NCBI GenBank assembly: GCA_963752475.1 | Contig: CAVVYR010000001.1 | Location: forward strand, 64,001 to 128,000 | Reading direction: 5' to 3' | DNA: 64,000 bases | Source: an uncultured Chloroflexia bacterium | Lineage (GTDB): Bacteria > Chloroflexota > Limnocylindria > Limnocylindrales > CSP1-4 | Shown: positions 30,276-39,212 of the stretch, piece by piece | Numbering within the stretch: position 1 is the stretch's first letter | Layout of the letters: every line of letters starts with the position of its first letter | The notes under the pieces: model-generated | Seen by the model: only the letters and a program-made list of their open reading frames with translations | Database searches by the model: none | What the model was told of the DNA's origin: nothing | Position numbers and translations under genes: made by a program

Positions 30276-31391
30276 TCAGCTCTCCCGGGTAAGCCAGCGC
30301 TGGACGAGCGAGACGACCAGCACGAGTGCGAAGAAGACGACAGCGATCGTCGAGCCGTAGGCGATGTCCTGGCGCTCGAATCCACGCTGCACCGCCTGGA
30401 AGATCACCGTCTGGGTGGCATCCAACGGGCCGCCCTGCGTCATCACATCGATCTGCGTGAAGAGCGCAAAGGCCTGGATGGTGATGACGATGAAGACGAA
30501 TACGGCGGTGTTGCGCAGGCCCGGCCAGGTCACGTTGCGGAACTGCCCCCAACGGCCGGCGCCATCGATCTGCGCGGCCTCGTAGAGCACGAACGGGATG
30601 GTCTGCAGCCCCGCCAGCCAGATGATCATGTGGAAGCCGACGCCCTGCCACACGGACATGATCATGACCGCGGGCAACGCCGACCCCTGCTCGCCGAGCC
30701 AGTCGAGCGCGGGCCAGGCGCCGAGCGTGAAGATCCCGAGCACCTGGTTGATCAACCCGTCGCTGGCATACAGCAGCGACCACAGGATCGACACCACGAC
30801 CATCGAGATGATGACCGGGATGAAGTAGGCGCTGCGGAAGATGTTCACTCCGCGGATGCGCTTGTTGATGATGAGTGCAAGGAGCAGACCGAGCCCACCC
30901 TGGGCGGGCACGATGAAGAGCGCGAAGACGAAGGTGTTGATGAGCGCCGTCAGGAACGTCGCATCACCCGCCAGCAGGACCAGCTTGTCATCGCCGATGT
31001 CGAAGGAGCGCCACTCCTGGAGGCCGTCGTACTGCGGGTAGTCGGGGTTGTCACGCGTGTAGAAGCGGGTGCGCTCGTAGGTGAAGTTGCCATCCTCATC
31101 GAGGATGGGCAGGCCGCTCTCGTCGACCAACGGCTCCAGGGTCAGGATCTGGACGGTGAGCAGCCGCTCGTAGTTGTCCGTGCCCACGAACTCGGTGGGA
31201 TTCGGTGACAACAGCCGCTGATTGGTGAACGAGAGGACGAAGGCCAGGATGAATGGGGCGATGAGGAACATCGCCAGCAGGAACATGGCCGGCCCGGCCA
31301 TGAACCAGGCCCAGCGCCCTTCGCCGCCATAGGCGACGCGTTCGCTCCTGGATCCCTTCGGCGCGGGGCCCGGTTTCGTCGTGGCCGTCAT
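30276..31391 (-). CDS. Carbohydrate ABC transporter permease (MalF-like)
   Basis: FVG.DNY, LYEAAQIDGAG, VTWPGL, TQGGP. Confidence 0.92.
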   Translation of the reverse strand: MTATTKPGPAPKGSRSERVAYGGEGRWAWFMAGPAMFLLAMFLIAPFILAFVLSFTNQRLLSPNPTEFVGTDNYERLLTVQILTLEPLVDESGLPILDEDGNFTYERTRFYTRDNPDYPQYDGLQEWRSFDIGDDKLVLLAGDATFLTALINTFVFALFIVPAQGGLGLLLALIINKRIRGVNIFRSAYFIPVIISMVVVSILWSLLYASDGLINQVLGIFTLGAWPALDWLGEQGSALPAVMIMSVWQGVGFHMIIWLAGLQTIPFVLYEAAQIDGAGRWGQFRNVTWPGLRNTAVFVFIVITIQAFALFTQIDVMTQGGPLDATQTVIFQAVQRGFERQDIAYGSTIAVVFFALVLVVSLVQRWLTRES

Positions 31392-31425
31392 CGCTCTCGT
31401 CCCTCGGTGCGTGCGTTAGCCGGTG

Positions 31426-31457
31426 TCGCCGGTCGTCGCTCGAGCGACGACCGGCGA
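31426..31457. terminator. Perfect 32-bp palindrome between the SBP and permease genes (mRNA-stabilising or attenuating hairpin)
   Basis: TCGCCGGTCGTCGCTC|GAGCGACGACCGGCGA. Confidence 0.6.
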
Positions 31458-31468
31458 TGGCACGACAG

Positions 31469-32800
31469 CTACTCGGAGAATCCGTAGCCGTTGTTGGCCT
31501 CGATATCGGCCTCGATCTCGTCGACGGCCGCGTCGAGCGTGGTCTGCACGTCAGCCCCGTTGGCGATGTCGAGCAGCGCCTCCCGGAAGATCAGCGCCAT
31601 CGTGGCGTAGCCGGGCGTGGGCGGACGAATGAGGGACTGGGCCTCGGAGAGATCGAAGAAGACCTCCAAGGGACCGCCTTCCTGGTAGTTCTCGGTCAGC
31701 TCGAGTGCCGCCTGGCTGGCCGGGAACAGGCCGATGGTGTTCGACCACATGGCCAAGTACTCCGGCTGCAGCGCGAACTCGATGAAGGCGTTGGCGCCCT
31801 CGGGAGCCTCGCAGTCGGGGGTCACGCCCCACTGCCACGAACCGGCGCCGATGGTCGGACCGGTGCCCGCGCCGTTGCCGAGATCAGCCGCCGGCAGGAA
31901 CAGCAGGTCGTCGACCGACTCGCCGTTCGCCTCGAAGCCCTCGATGGTGGGCACACCGCGCCAGTTGCCGTTCCACTGCATGGCGTAGTTGCCGCCGATG
32001 AAGCCGGCCTCACCCTCGGCCTGCGTCTGAGACGGACCCGGGATGAGCTCGCGATCGACGAGGCTCTGGAACCACTCGCCGAAGGCCACGGCCTCGGGGC
32101 CGTTGAGGATGCCCTCGGACGTCAGGAACGTCTCGCGGTCGATGAGGTCGCCGCCGAACGACTGCAGGAAGGGAGCGAAGGCGTAGGGATACCACTCGCC
32201 AGCGCTGTCCCACATCCCGATGTCCCAGGCGTAGTCGAACTCGCCCGTCGCCTGCAGCGTCTCCAGCGCCGCGTCGAACTCTTCGAGGGTCCACGGCTCA
32301 TCGAGCGTGGGGATGCGGATGTCGTTGGCCTCCAGGACGGAGCGGCGGGCATAGTTGGCGACCGCCGCATCGAAGAAGCCGATGGAGACGAGCTCGCCGT
32401 CCCATGAGCTCTGCGCGGCCGGCAGGATGGTACTCGCGACCTCGTCAGAGATATCGAGCGGCCCGAGGATGTTGGCCCAGGCCCAACTCGGAGCGACCGG
32501 GCCGTCCACATCGAGCAGACAGGGCAGCCCACCTTGCGACGCACCGACGACCGACGTGTTGTAGTCAGCCTGTGGGAAGTCCACGCGCTGGACCTCGTAC
32601 ATGTCCTGCGAGGCGTTGAAGTCGCTGACTACGGTGTCGAGGACCTCGATCTCGGCCGGGTTGCCGGCCGAGTGCGTCCAGGCCTCGATGACCTGTCGCT
32701 CCCCGTCCTGGGCCATCGCTGCCGACGGCACCATGAGCGCAGCTGAGACGATGCCGGCGAGCGCCAGCGTCCCGGGCCGCATGGATCTAGTTCTGGTCAT
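31469..32800 (-). CDS. Sugar ABC transporter substrate-binding protein (SBP_bac_1)
   Basis: Signal peptide, LPCLLDVDGP, PWT.EEF, RPPTPGY; RBS GAGGAAGG. Confidence 0.88.
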   Translation of the reverse strand: MTRTRSMRPGTLALAGIVSAALMVPSAAMAQDGERQVIEAWTHSAGNPAEIEVLDTVVSDFNASQDMYEVQRVDFPQADYNTSVVGASQGGLPCLLDVDGPVAPSWAWANILGPLDISDEVASTILPAAQSSWDGELVSIGFFDAAVANYARRSVLEANDIRIPTLDEPWTLEEFDAALETLQATGEFDYAWDIGMWDSAGEWYPYAFAPFLQSFGGDLIDRETFLTSEGILNGPEAVAFGEWFQSLVDRELIPGPSQTQAEGEAGFIGGNYAMQWNGNWRGVPTIEGFEANGESVDDLLFLPAADLGNGAGTGPTIGAGSWQWGVTPDCEAPEGANAFIEFALQPEYLAMWSNTIGLFPASQAALELTENYQEGGPLEVFFDLSEAQSLIRPPTPGYATMALIFREALLDIANGADVQTTLDAAVDEIEADIEANNGYGFSE

Positions 32801-32855
32801 GTCCTTCCTCCTTGCCCCGTGGTGCTGGTCCACGATCGCCGCGGGGCGCGTGCGA

Positions 32856-33965
32856 TCATGGCGTCCCCCGCGTGGGACGGGGCAGCATTCCCGCCCCGTC
32901 GCGGGGCGGTGCGACCGAATCACGGACCACGAGCGGGCATTCAAGCCGCATCTGACGTGGTCCCTCGGCCTCACCGCTGAGGACACGAAGTAGGTGCTCG
33001 ACGGCCCAGCCGCCCATGGCTTCATGGGGCAGCTGCATGGTCGTGAGCGGCGGGTCGAGCCAGGGCGCGATCTGGTCCTGGTTGTCGAACCCGATGATGG
33101 AGATGTCGTCCGGGACCGAGAGGCCGGCACGGCGGATGGCGCGATAGGCGCCCATGGCCATGCGGTCGGTGTAGCACTGGATGGCGGTCGGCAGTTCGCG
33201 CAGCTCGAGGAGTCGGGCGGCTGCGGCCGCACCACCGAAGGGGTCGTTCTTGTCGACGGCCACGAGTGTCGGATCGAAGTCGATGCCATGCTCCTCGAGG
33301 CCACGCTTGTAGCCGGCGAAGCGCTCGGGATGAGCGGGGTACACGTTGTCTTCGTGGATGTAACCGATGCGCCGATGGCCGTGCTCGATGAGGTGGCTCG
33401 TGGCGGTGTAGCCACCAAGTTCTTCGTCCGGTACCACCCAGGAGTCGGACGGATCGTCGGAGCGCGCGTCCAACAGGACCGAGGGGATCTCCTTCAGCGC
33501 GGGGGGCACCGCCACGACCTGATGCCACATGGTGGCGTAGATCAGCGCGTCGACCCGGCGTGAAAGGAGCGAGTCGATGGCGCGTGACTCGACGTCGGGG
33601 TCGCGCTCGGTGTTGATGATCATCAGCGTCATGCCCGCAGCGGCGGCGACCTGGTCGGCACCGTGCACCATCAGGCCCGCGAAGGGCGTGGAGGCGATGG
33701 TGTCGCTGATGAGGCCGATGGTCTCGCTCGATTGGCGACGCAGGTTGCGAGCCACAGCGTTGGTGCGATAGCCCAGCGCCCGGCTGGCCTCGAACACGCG
33801 CTCCTTGGTGACGTCGGGGATGGAGCGGCCGGCCTTGTCATTGAGCACCAGCGAGACGGTGGTGATGGACACGCCCGCGGCCCTGGCCACGTCGGCCATG
33901 CGCGCGCGGCGGCGTCGCGGCGTGGCGATGACTACCGAGTCCGTGGCCTGCGCCTCCCCTGGCAC
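32856..33965 (-). CDS. LacI-family transcriptional regulator
   Basis: MADVARAAGVSITTVSLVLN HTH, VPDDISIIGFDN, PPLTT. Confidence 0.93.
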   Translation of the reverse strand: MPGEAQATDSVVIATPRRRRARMADVARAAGVSITTVSLVLNDKAGRSIPDVTKERVFEASRALGYRTNAVARNLRRQSSETIGLISDTIASTPFAGLMVHGADQVAAAAGMTLMIINTERDPDVESRAIDSLLSRRVDALIYATMWHQVVAVPPALKEIPSVLLDARSDDPSDSWVVPDEELGGYTATSHLIEHGHRRIGYIHEDNVYPAHPERFAGYKRGLEEHGIDFDPTLVAVDKNDPFGGAAAAARLLELRELPTAIQCYTDRMAMGAYRAIRRAGLSVPDDISIIGFDNQDQIAPWLDPPLTTMQLPHEAMGGWAVEHLLRVLSGEAEGPRQMRLECPLVVRDSVAPPRDGAGMLPRPTRGTP

Positions 33966-34046
33966 GGCCGTGCGGTCATGGGTCAGGGCTCCGTCTCCTC
34001 CTGCGCGATCGAGTCCCGAGCGGTCCCTCCGGCCGCTACGGCTCCC

Positions 34047-34099
34047 TTACTCAATCGTTTCAGTAAATCGATACTCTCAACAAGGACCGCAGATGTCAA
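34047..34099 (-). promoter_or_regulatory. TTGACA promoter with a LacI-type operator (TTACTGAAACGATTGAGTAA)
   Basis: Near-palindrome centred on CG at 34047-34066; TTGACA on the minus strand at 34094-34099; AT-rich island between divergent genes. Confidence 0.65.
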
Positions 34100-34141
34100 G
34101 TCCCCACAGCAGGCCGGCATGACGACATCTACCATCAAGAC

Positions 34142-35206
34142 ATGACGAAGATGACGGCGGTCGAACGCTGTGAGACCGTGATCGCGGGCGGTATCCCTGA
34201 CCGAGTTCCGACCGAGCTCCACGACTTCATGGTGGCCGCACGCAAGTCCGGCCTGCCCTTCCCCGAGTTCATGCGCAACGGCGAGGCCATCGCCGAGGGC
34301 CACCTGGCCGACTGGCGCGAGTTCGGGCACGACATGCTGCTCGTCGACAACGGCACCGCCACCCTGGCCGAGGCCTGCGGCGTCGGCGTCGAGCTGCTCG
34401 AGGATTCGGCCCCGGTCTCGATGGCGCCGGCGATCGAGAGCCTCGACGACATCGACAAGCTGGTGCTACCCGACCCGGCCATTTCGCCGGCGCTGGCTGA
34501 GAGCCTGAAGGCCACGCGCATCATCGCGGGGGAGGTCGGTGACGAGGGCTGGATCATGGGTGTGGCCGACCAGGGCCCCTTCTCGCTCGCGAGCATGATC
34601 CTGGGCATGGAGGAGTTCCTCGTCGCGCAGATGGACCCCGGAGCTCGAGACAAGCTCCACCGGCTGCTCGACTTCTGTGAGGAAGCGTTCTATCGCTACG
34701 CGGTCGCCCAGATCGAGGCGGGTGCGCACGTCACCTCGATGGGCGAGTCCATCGCCGGGCCGGACGTGTGCTCGCCGGCCATCTACCGCGAGATCGCATG
34801 GCCGCACGAGCGAAACGTCACCCAGCGGCTGCTCAAGGACGGCGTCCGTCTCCAGAACCACATCTGCGGCAACGCCACGAAGATCGTGCCGGACATGGTC
34901 GAGACGGGTGCGGTCATCCTCGGACTCGACTACAAGTGCGACCTCGCCGAGATCAAGGCTGCCACGCAGGGCAGGACCACCATCGTGGGCACCATCGATC
35001 CGTCCGAGATCGTGGCGCGGGGATCGGCGGCGGACGTGACCGATGCCGCGCGAGAGGAGCTTGCCGTGCTGGCTCCTGGCGGCGGACTCATCCTCGGCGC
35101 CGGCTGTGCCATCCCGCCCGACACCCCCGATGAGAACCTCCATGCCCTCGTCGAGGCCGGCCGCACCATGGGTCGCTACGACGCGGACGGCATCCCCGCC
35201 CTGTAG
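34142..35206 (+). CDS. MtaA/CmuA-type methyltransferase (uroporphyrinogen decarboxylase family)
   Basis: PDRVP, AEACG, GPFSLA, QIEAGA, HICG, G.IDP, GAGCAIPPDTPDENL. Confidence 0.85.
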   Translation: MTKMTAVERCETVIAGGIPDRVPTELHDFMVAARKSGLPFPEFMRNGEAIAEGHLADWREFGHDMLLVDNGTATLAEACGVGVELLEDSAPVSMAPAIESLDDIDKLVLPDPAISPALAESLKATRIIAGEVGDEGWIMGVADQGPFSLASMILGMEEFLVAQMDPGARDKLHRLLDFCEEAFYRYAVAQIEAGAHVTSMGESIAGPDVCSPAIYREIAWPHERNVTQRLLKDGVRLQNHICGNATKIVPDMVETGAVILGLDYKCDLAEIKAATQGRTTIVGTIDPSEIVARGSAADVTDAAREELAVLAPGGGLILGAGCAIPPDTPDENLHALVEAGRTMGRYDADGIPAL

Positions 35207-35212
35207 GCGACG

Positions 35213-36148
35213 TCAGTCCAGGCCCATCTCCTCGCGGGTCGGGGGTTCGGCGCCGGCGCGGGTGCAGTTGATGGCGGCAGCGCGTGCCGCGAACGTCATC
35301 GCCGCTTCCAGCAGATCCACGTCTCCCAGCTCCTGGCGACCGAAGCCATGCTCCAGCCAGTAGGCCAGGAAGCCTCCGCCGAAGGCATCTCCTGCACCGA
35401 CGGTGTCCGCGACCTCGACGGTCGGCACCGGCACCGAGACCTCGCCGCCGGCGCAGAAGCCGCGGGCGTCGTCTCGGCCCTGCGTCACGAGCACCGCCCC
35501 GGTGCCCTGCTCCACGAGCAGGCGCGCGCTGGCCTCTGGTGATGCGGCGAGCGCGAGGTACTCGAAGTCCTCGTCGCTGCCCTTGACCAGGTCGGCTCGC
35601 TCGATGACCGTGCGCATCCGCGACTGGTAGCGATCGAAGTCGGGCGTAGCGGTCGGTCGGCAGTTGGGGTCGACCATCACGAACGTCGACTCCGGCACGG
35701 CTGCGACCAGCGCCGCGAGCGAATCCGCGATCGGCTCCATGGCCAGGCCGAGCGTGCCCACGTGGAGCGCGTCGGGCGCGGGATCGCCCGCCTTGAGCGC
35801 ATCATCATGTTCCAGCCCGGGCACGGTCGTCTGCTCGATGTACCAGTGGTAGTGGGCCACGCCGGCCTCGTCGATCTCGGCCAGCACGAGCGTGGTGGGA
35901 TCGGCGGTATCGACCACCAGAGCCGTCCCCACGTCGTCCTCCTCCAGCTTGCGCCGGAGCAGCTTGCCGAACCAGTCGTCACTCATCCGCCCCAGGAACT
36001 CGACCGACCCGCCGAGCCGGGCCAACGCCCGCGCGGCGTTGTACTGGCCGCCGCCAGCCGCGGGGTTCACCGAGCCGTCCTGTCCGATGATCAGATCGAT
36101 CAGCGCCTCACCGGCGATGACCACTCGCGGTCGCGGCTCGCTCCACAT
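35213..36148 (-). CDS. PfkB-family carbohydrate kinase (fructokinase-like)
   Basis: GEALIDL, GG..N.A..LARLG, DPNCRP, DTVGAGDAFGGG. Confidence 0.88.
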   Translation of the reverse strand: MWSEPRPRVVIAGEALIDLIIGQDGSVNPAAGGGQYNAARALARLGGSVEFLGRMSDDWFGKLLRRKLEEDDVGTALVVDTADPTTLVLAEIDEAGVAHYHWYIEQTTVPGLEHDDALKAGDPAPDALHVGTLGLAMEPIADSLAALVAAVPESTFVMVDPNCRPTATPDFDRYQSRMRTVIERADLVKGSDEDFEYLALAASPEASARLLVEQGTGAVLVTQGRDDARGFCAGGEVSVPVPTVEVADTVGAGDAFGGGFLAYWLEHGFGRQELGDVDLLEAAMTFAARAAAINCTRAGAEPPTREEMGLD

Positions 36149-36766
36149 CTACCAGCCCTCCTGCTTGAGGTACTCGGCCATCGCCCGGGCGGCCTGGCCA
36201 CGGTGCGAGAGCTCATGCTTCTCGTCTGAGCTCATCTGGCCCACCGTACGGCCGCCGGGCTCTTCGTCTCTGGGCTCGAAGATGGGGTCGTAGCCGAAGC
36301 CACCGGTGCCCCGCCGCTCGGTCGCGATGCGGCCCTCGAACCGGCCGTCGCGGAACACCGGCTCGCCATCGGCCTTGGGGTCCCAGAACGCGAGCACGCA
36401 CTGATAGCGCGCCCCCCGCTTCTCGGCCGGCAGCCCCTCGAGCTCGCGCAGCAGCTTGGCGTTGTTGTCTTCGTCGGTGGCCTCGGGCCCGGCGTAGCGC
36501 TTGGTGTAGACACCCGGCCCGCCTTCGAGCGCATCGACCTCCAGCCCGGAGTCGTCGGCCAGCGTGGGCAGCCCCGAACGATCGCCGTAGTAGCGGACCT
36601 TGATCTCGGCGTTGCCCTCGAAGGAGTCGGCGTCCTCTACCGGCTCACCCCCGATGCCGACGTCGTCGGGCGAGACCAGCACGATGTCGTCGCCGAGGTC
36701 GAGCAGGTCGTGTAGCTCCCCTACCTTGTGGCGGGAGCGCGAAGCGACCAGGAGGCGCCGGGTCAT
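36149..36766 (-). CDS. rdgB: Non-canonical purine NTP pyrophosphatase (RdgB/HAM1)
   Basis: ADDSGLEVDAL, PGVY, GFGYDPIF, SHRGQA. Confidence 0.93.
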   Translation of the reverse strand: MTRRLLVASRSRHKVGELHDLLDLGDDIVLVSPDDVGIGGEPVEDADSFEGNAEIKVRYYGDRSGLPTLADDSGLEVDALEGGPGVYTKRYAGPEATDEDNNAKLLRELEGLPAEKRGARYQCVLAFWDPKADGEPVFRDGRFEGRIATERRGTGGFGYDPIFEPRDEEPGGRTVGQMSSDEKHELSHRGQAARAMAEYLKQEGW

Positions 36767-37509
36767 GTCCTGGACTTCGCCGCCTCCCCGGCGAGCACCG
36801 CGTCCTGGATCTCGAAGAGCTTGGCCAGGCCGCTGTCGGCGAGGTCCAGTAGCTCCGTCGTCTGGGCACGATCGAAGGGCTTGCCCTCGGCGGTGCCCTG
36901 CAGCTCGACATAGGTGCCGCCATCGGTGCCGATGACGTTGAAGTCGACCTGCGCGTTGCTGTCCTCGCGGTACTCCAGGTCCAGCAGACCCTGGCCGTCG
37001 ACGAAGCCGACGGAGATGGCCGCGATCTTGCTGGTGATGGCGCGCTCGAGGCCGGCCTTCTTCAGTGCCAGCACGAGCGCGATGTAGCCGCCGGTGATGG
37101 AGGCGCAGCGGGTGCCACCATCGGCCTGGATGACGTCGCAGTCGATGGTCACGGTGCGCTCGCCCATGACCGTGGTGTCGACCACGCCGCGCAGCGAGCG
37201 GCCGATGAGCCGCTGGATCTCGTAGGTGCGGCCACCGAGCTTGCCCTTGACCGACTCACGCTGCATGCGGTCAGAGGTGGCGGTGGGGAGCATGGCGTAC
37301 TCCGCGGTCACCCAGCCGACGCCCTTGCCGCGCAGGAACGGCGGGATGCGGTCCTCCAGGGTGGCTGAGCACAGGACATGGGTGTCGCCCTGCTGCCAGA
37401 TGAGCGAGGCGGTCGCCCACTTCTGCACGTCCATCTGCACGTTCACCGGGCGCATCTGGCCCGGCGTCCGTCCATCGAGGCGGAAGCGCGCCCCTCCTCC
37501 GATGCTCAT
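36763..37509 (-). CDS. rph: Ribonuclease PH
   Basis: GWVTAEYAMLP, GRTYEIQRLIGRSLR, DCDVIQADGGTRCASITG, QGTAEG. Confidence 0.96.
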   Translation of the reverse strand: MSIGGGARFRLDGRTPGQMRPVNVQMDVQKWATASLIWQQGDTHVLCSATLEDRIPPFLRGKGVGWVTAEYAMLPTATSDRMQRESVKGKLGGRTYEIQRLIGRSLRGVVDTTVMGERTVTIDCDVIQADGGTRCASITGGYIALVLALKKAGLERAITSKIAAISVGFVDGQGLLDLEYREDSNAQVDFNVIGTDGGTYVELQGTAEGKPFDRAQTTELLDLADSGLAKLFEIQDAVLAGEAAKSRT

Positions 37510-38666
37510 CGACTCTCCTTCTCGATCGTCTCTTGTCGTTTCGCCAGTTGCCACAGGTCATCGAGCGCGTCGATGCCCATGGACTTCATCTCGACGCCCT
37601 GTTCCTCTGCCAGCCGCTCCACGCGCGCGAAGCGCGAAGCGAACTTCCGACTTGCGAACCGTAGCGCGGCTTCGGGGTCGATGCCGAGCTTGCGGCCGAT
37701 GTTGACGAGCACGAACATGACGTCGCCGTACTCCTCGACCCGCTCGTCCTGGTCGGTCGCGGACAGCAGCTCGGTGGCCTCTTCGGCCAGCTTGTCGATG
37801 ACGCCCTCGAGATCGGGCCAGTCCATGCCCAGGGCCGCGGCACGGGCCTGCATCTCATCGGCGTAGGCCAGCGAGGGCAGGGACTTCGACAGCCCCTTGA
37901 AGGCGTCGGGCATCTCCGGGTCGCGCACGGGTCTGCCGTTGGCGGTGCGCTCGGCGGCCTTGAGCTGCTCCCAGTTGCGGATGACCTCGTCGGGTGTGTC
38001 GGCCACGACGTCGGCGAAGACGTGCGGGTGCCGGCTGATGATCTTGGTCACCACCGCACGCTGTACGTCGGACATGTCGAAGACGCCCTCCTCTGCCGCG
38101 TACTGCGCGTGCAGCACGACCTGGAGCAGCAGGTCGCCCAGCTCCTCGGCCAGGTCCGGACCGGCGCCCAGGTCCAGTGCGTCGTAGACCTCGTAGGCCT
38201 CCTCGATGAGGAAGGGCTTGAGCGTCTGATGATCCTGCTCGCGGTCCCAGGGGCAGCCGTCGGGCTGACGCAGCCGATGCACCAGCCAGGGCAGCGCGAA
38301 GGCTGACGCCGGGTTCGATCCGGGGTCCGTGGCCGGCAGCAGGTGTGGTCCTGCCGCGAGCGCCTCGGCTGTGACCTCGGCCACCGTCGTCTGGCCGTCC
38401 GGCCCGTAGACCGGGTGTGCCGCTGGGTACAGCCGATGCAGTAGCGAGAGCGGGTCGGTGCCGTGGCCGTGGCGGCCGGGCAGCGTGAAGTAGGCGTCGT
38501 CGGGGTCTGGCTCCACGCCCGTCGGTGGCAGCACGACCAGGGCCATGCCGGCGTCGAAGGGTCGGGCCACGAGCCGGTCGAGCGCGACGAGTTGGAGACC
38601 CTCGGCGGGATCGATGCCCGCTCGTTCGATCAGCGTCGAGAGCGCTGGGTGGATCGATGCCGTCAT
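37506..38666 (-). CDS. mazG: Nucleoside triphosphate pyrophosphohydrolase MazG with degenerate N-terminal domain
   Basis: GCPWDREQ, EEAYEV, EELGDLLLQ, RHPHVF, EEYGD. Confidence 0.93.
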   Translation of the reverse strand: MTASIHPALSTLIERAGIDPAEGLQLVALDRLVARPFDAGMALVVLPPTGVEPDPDDAYFTLPGRHGHGTDPLSLLHRLYPAAHPVYGPDGQTTVAEVTAEALAAGPHLLPATDPGSNPASAFALPWLVHRLRQPDGCPWDREQDHQTLKPFLIEEAYEVYDALDLGAGPDLAEELGDLLLQVVLHAQYAAEEGVFDMSDVQRAVVTKIISRHPHVFADVVADTPDEVIRNWEQLKAAERTANGRPVRDPEMPDAFKGLSKSLPSLAYADEMQARAAALGMDWPDLEGVIDKLAEEATELLSATDQDERVEEYGDVMFVLVNIGRKLGIDPEAALRFASRKFASRFARVERLAEEQGVEMKSMGIDALDDLWQLAKRQETIEKESR

Positions 38667-38672
38667 CGGTCG

Positions 38673-39212
<540 letters not shown>

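Noticed and set aside
37506-38666. MazG as part of a toxin-antitoxin or antiphage system
   Set aside because: Housekeeping two-domain MazG in the usual rph-rdgB neighbourhood
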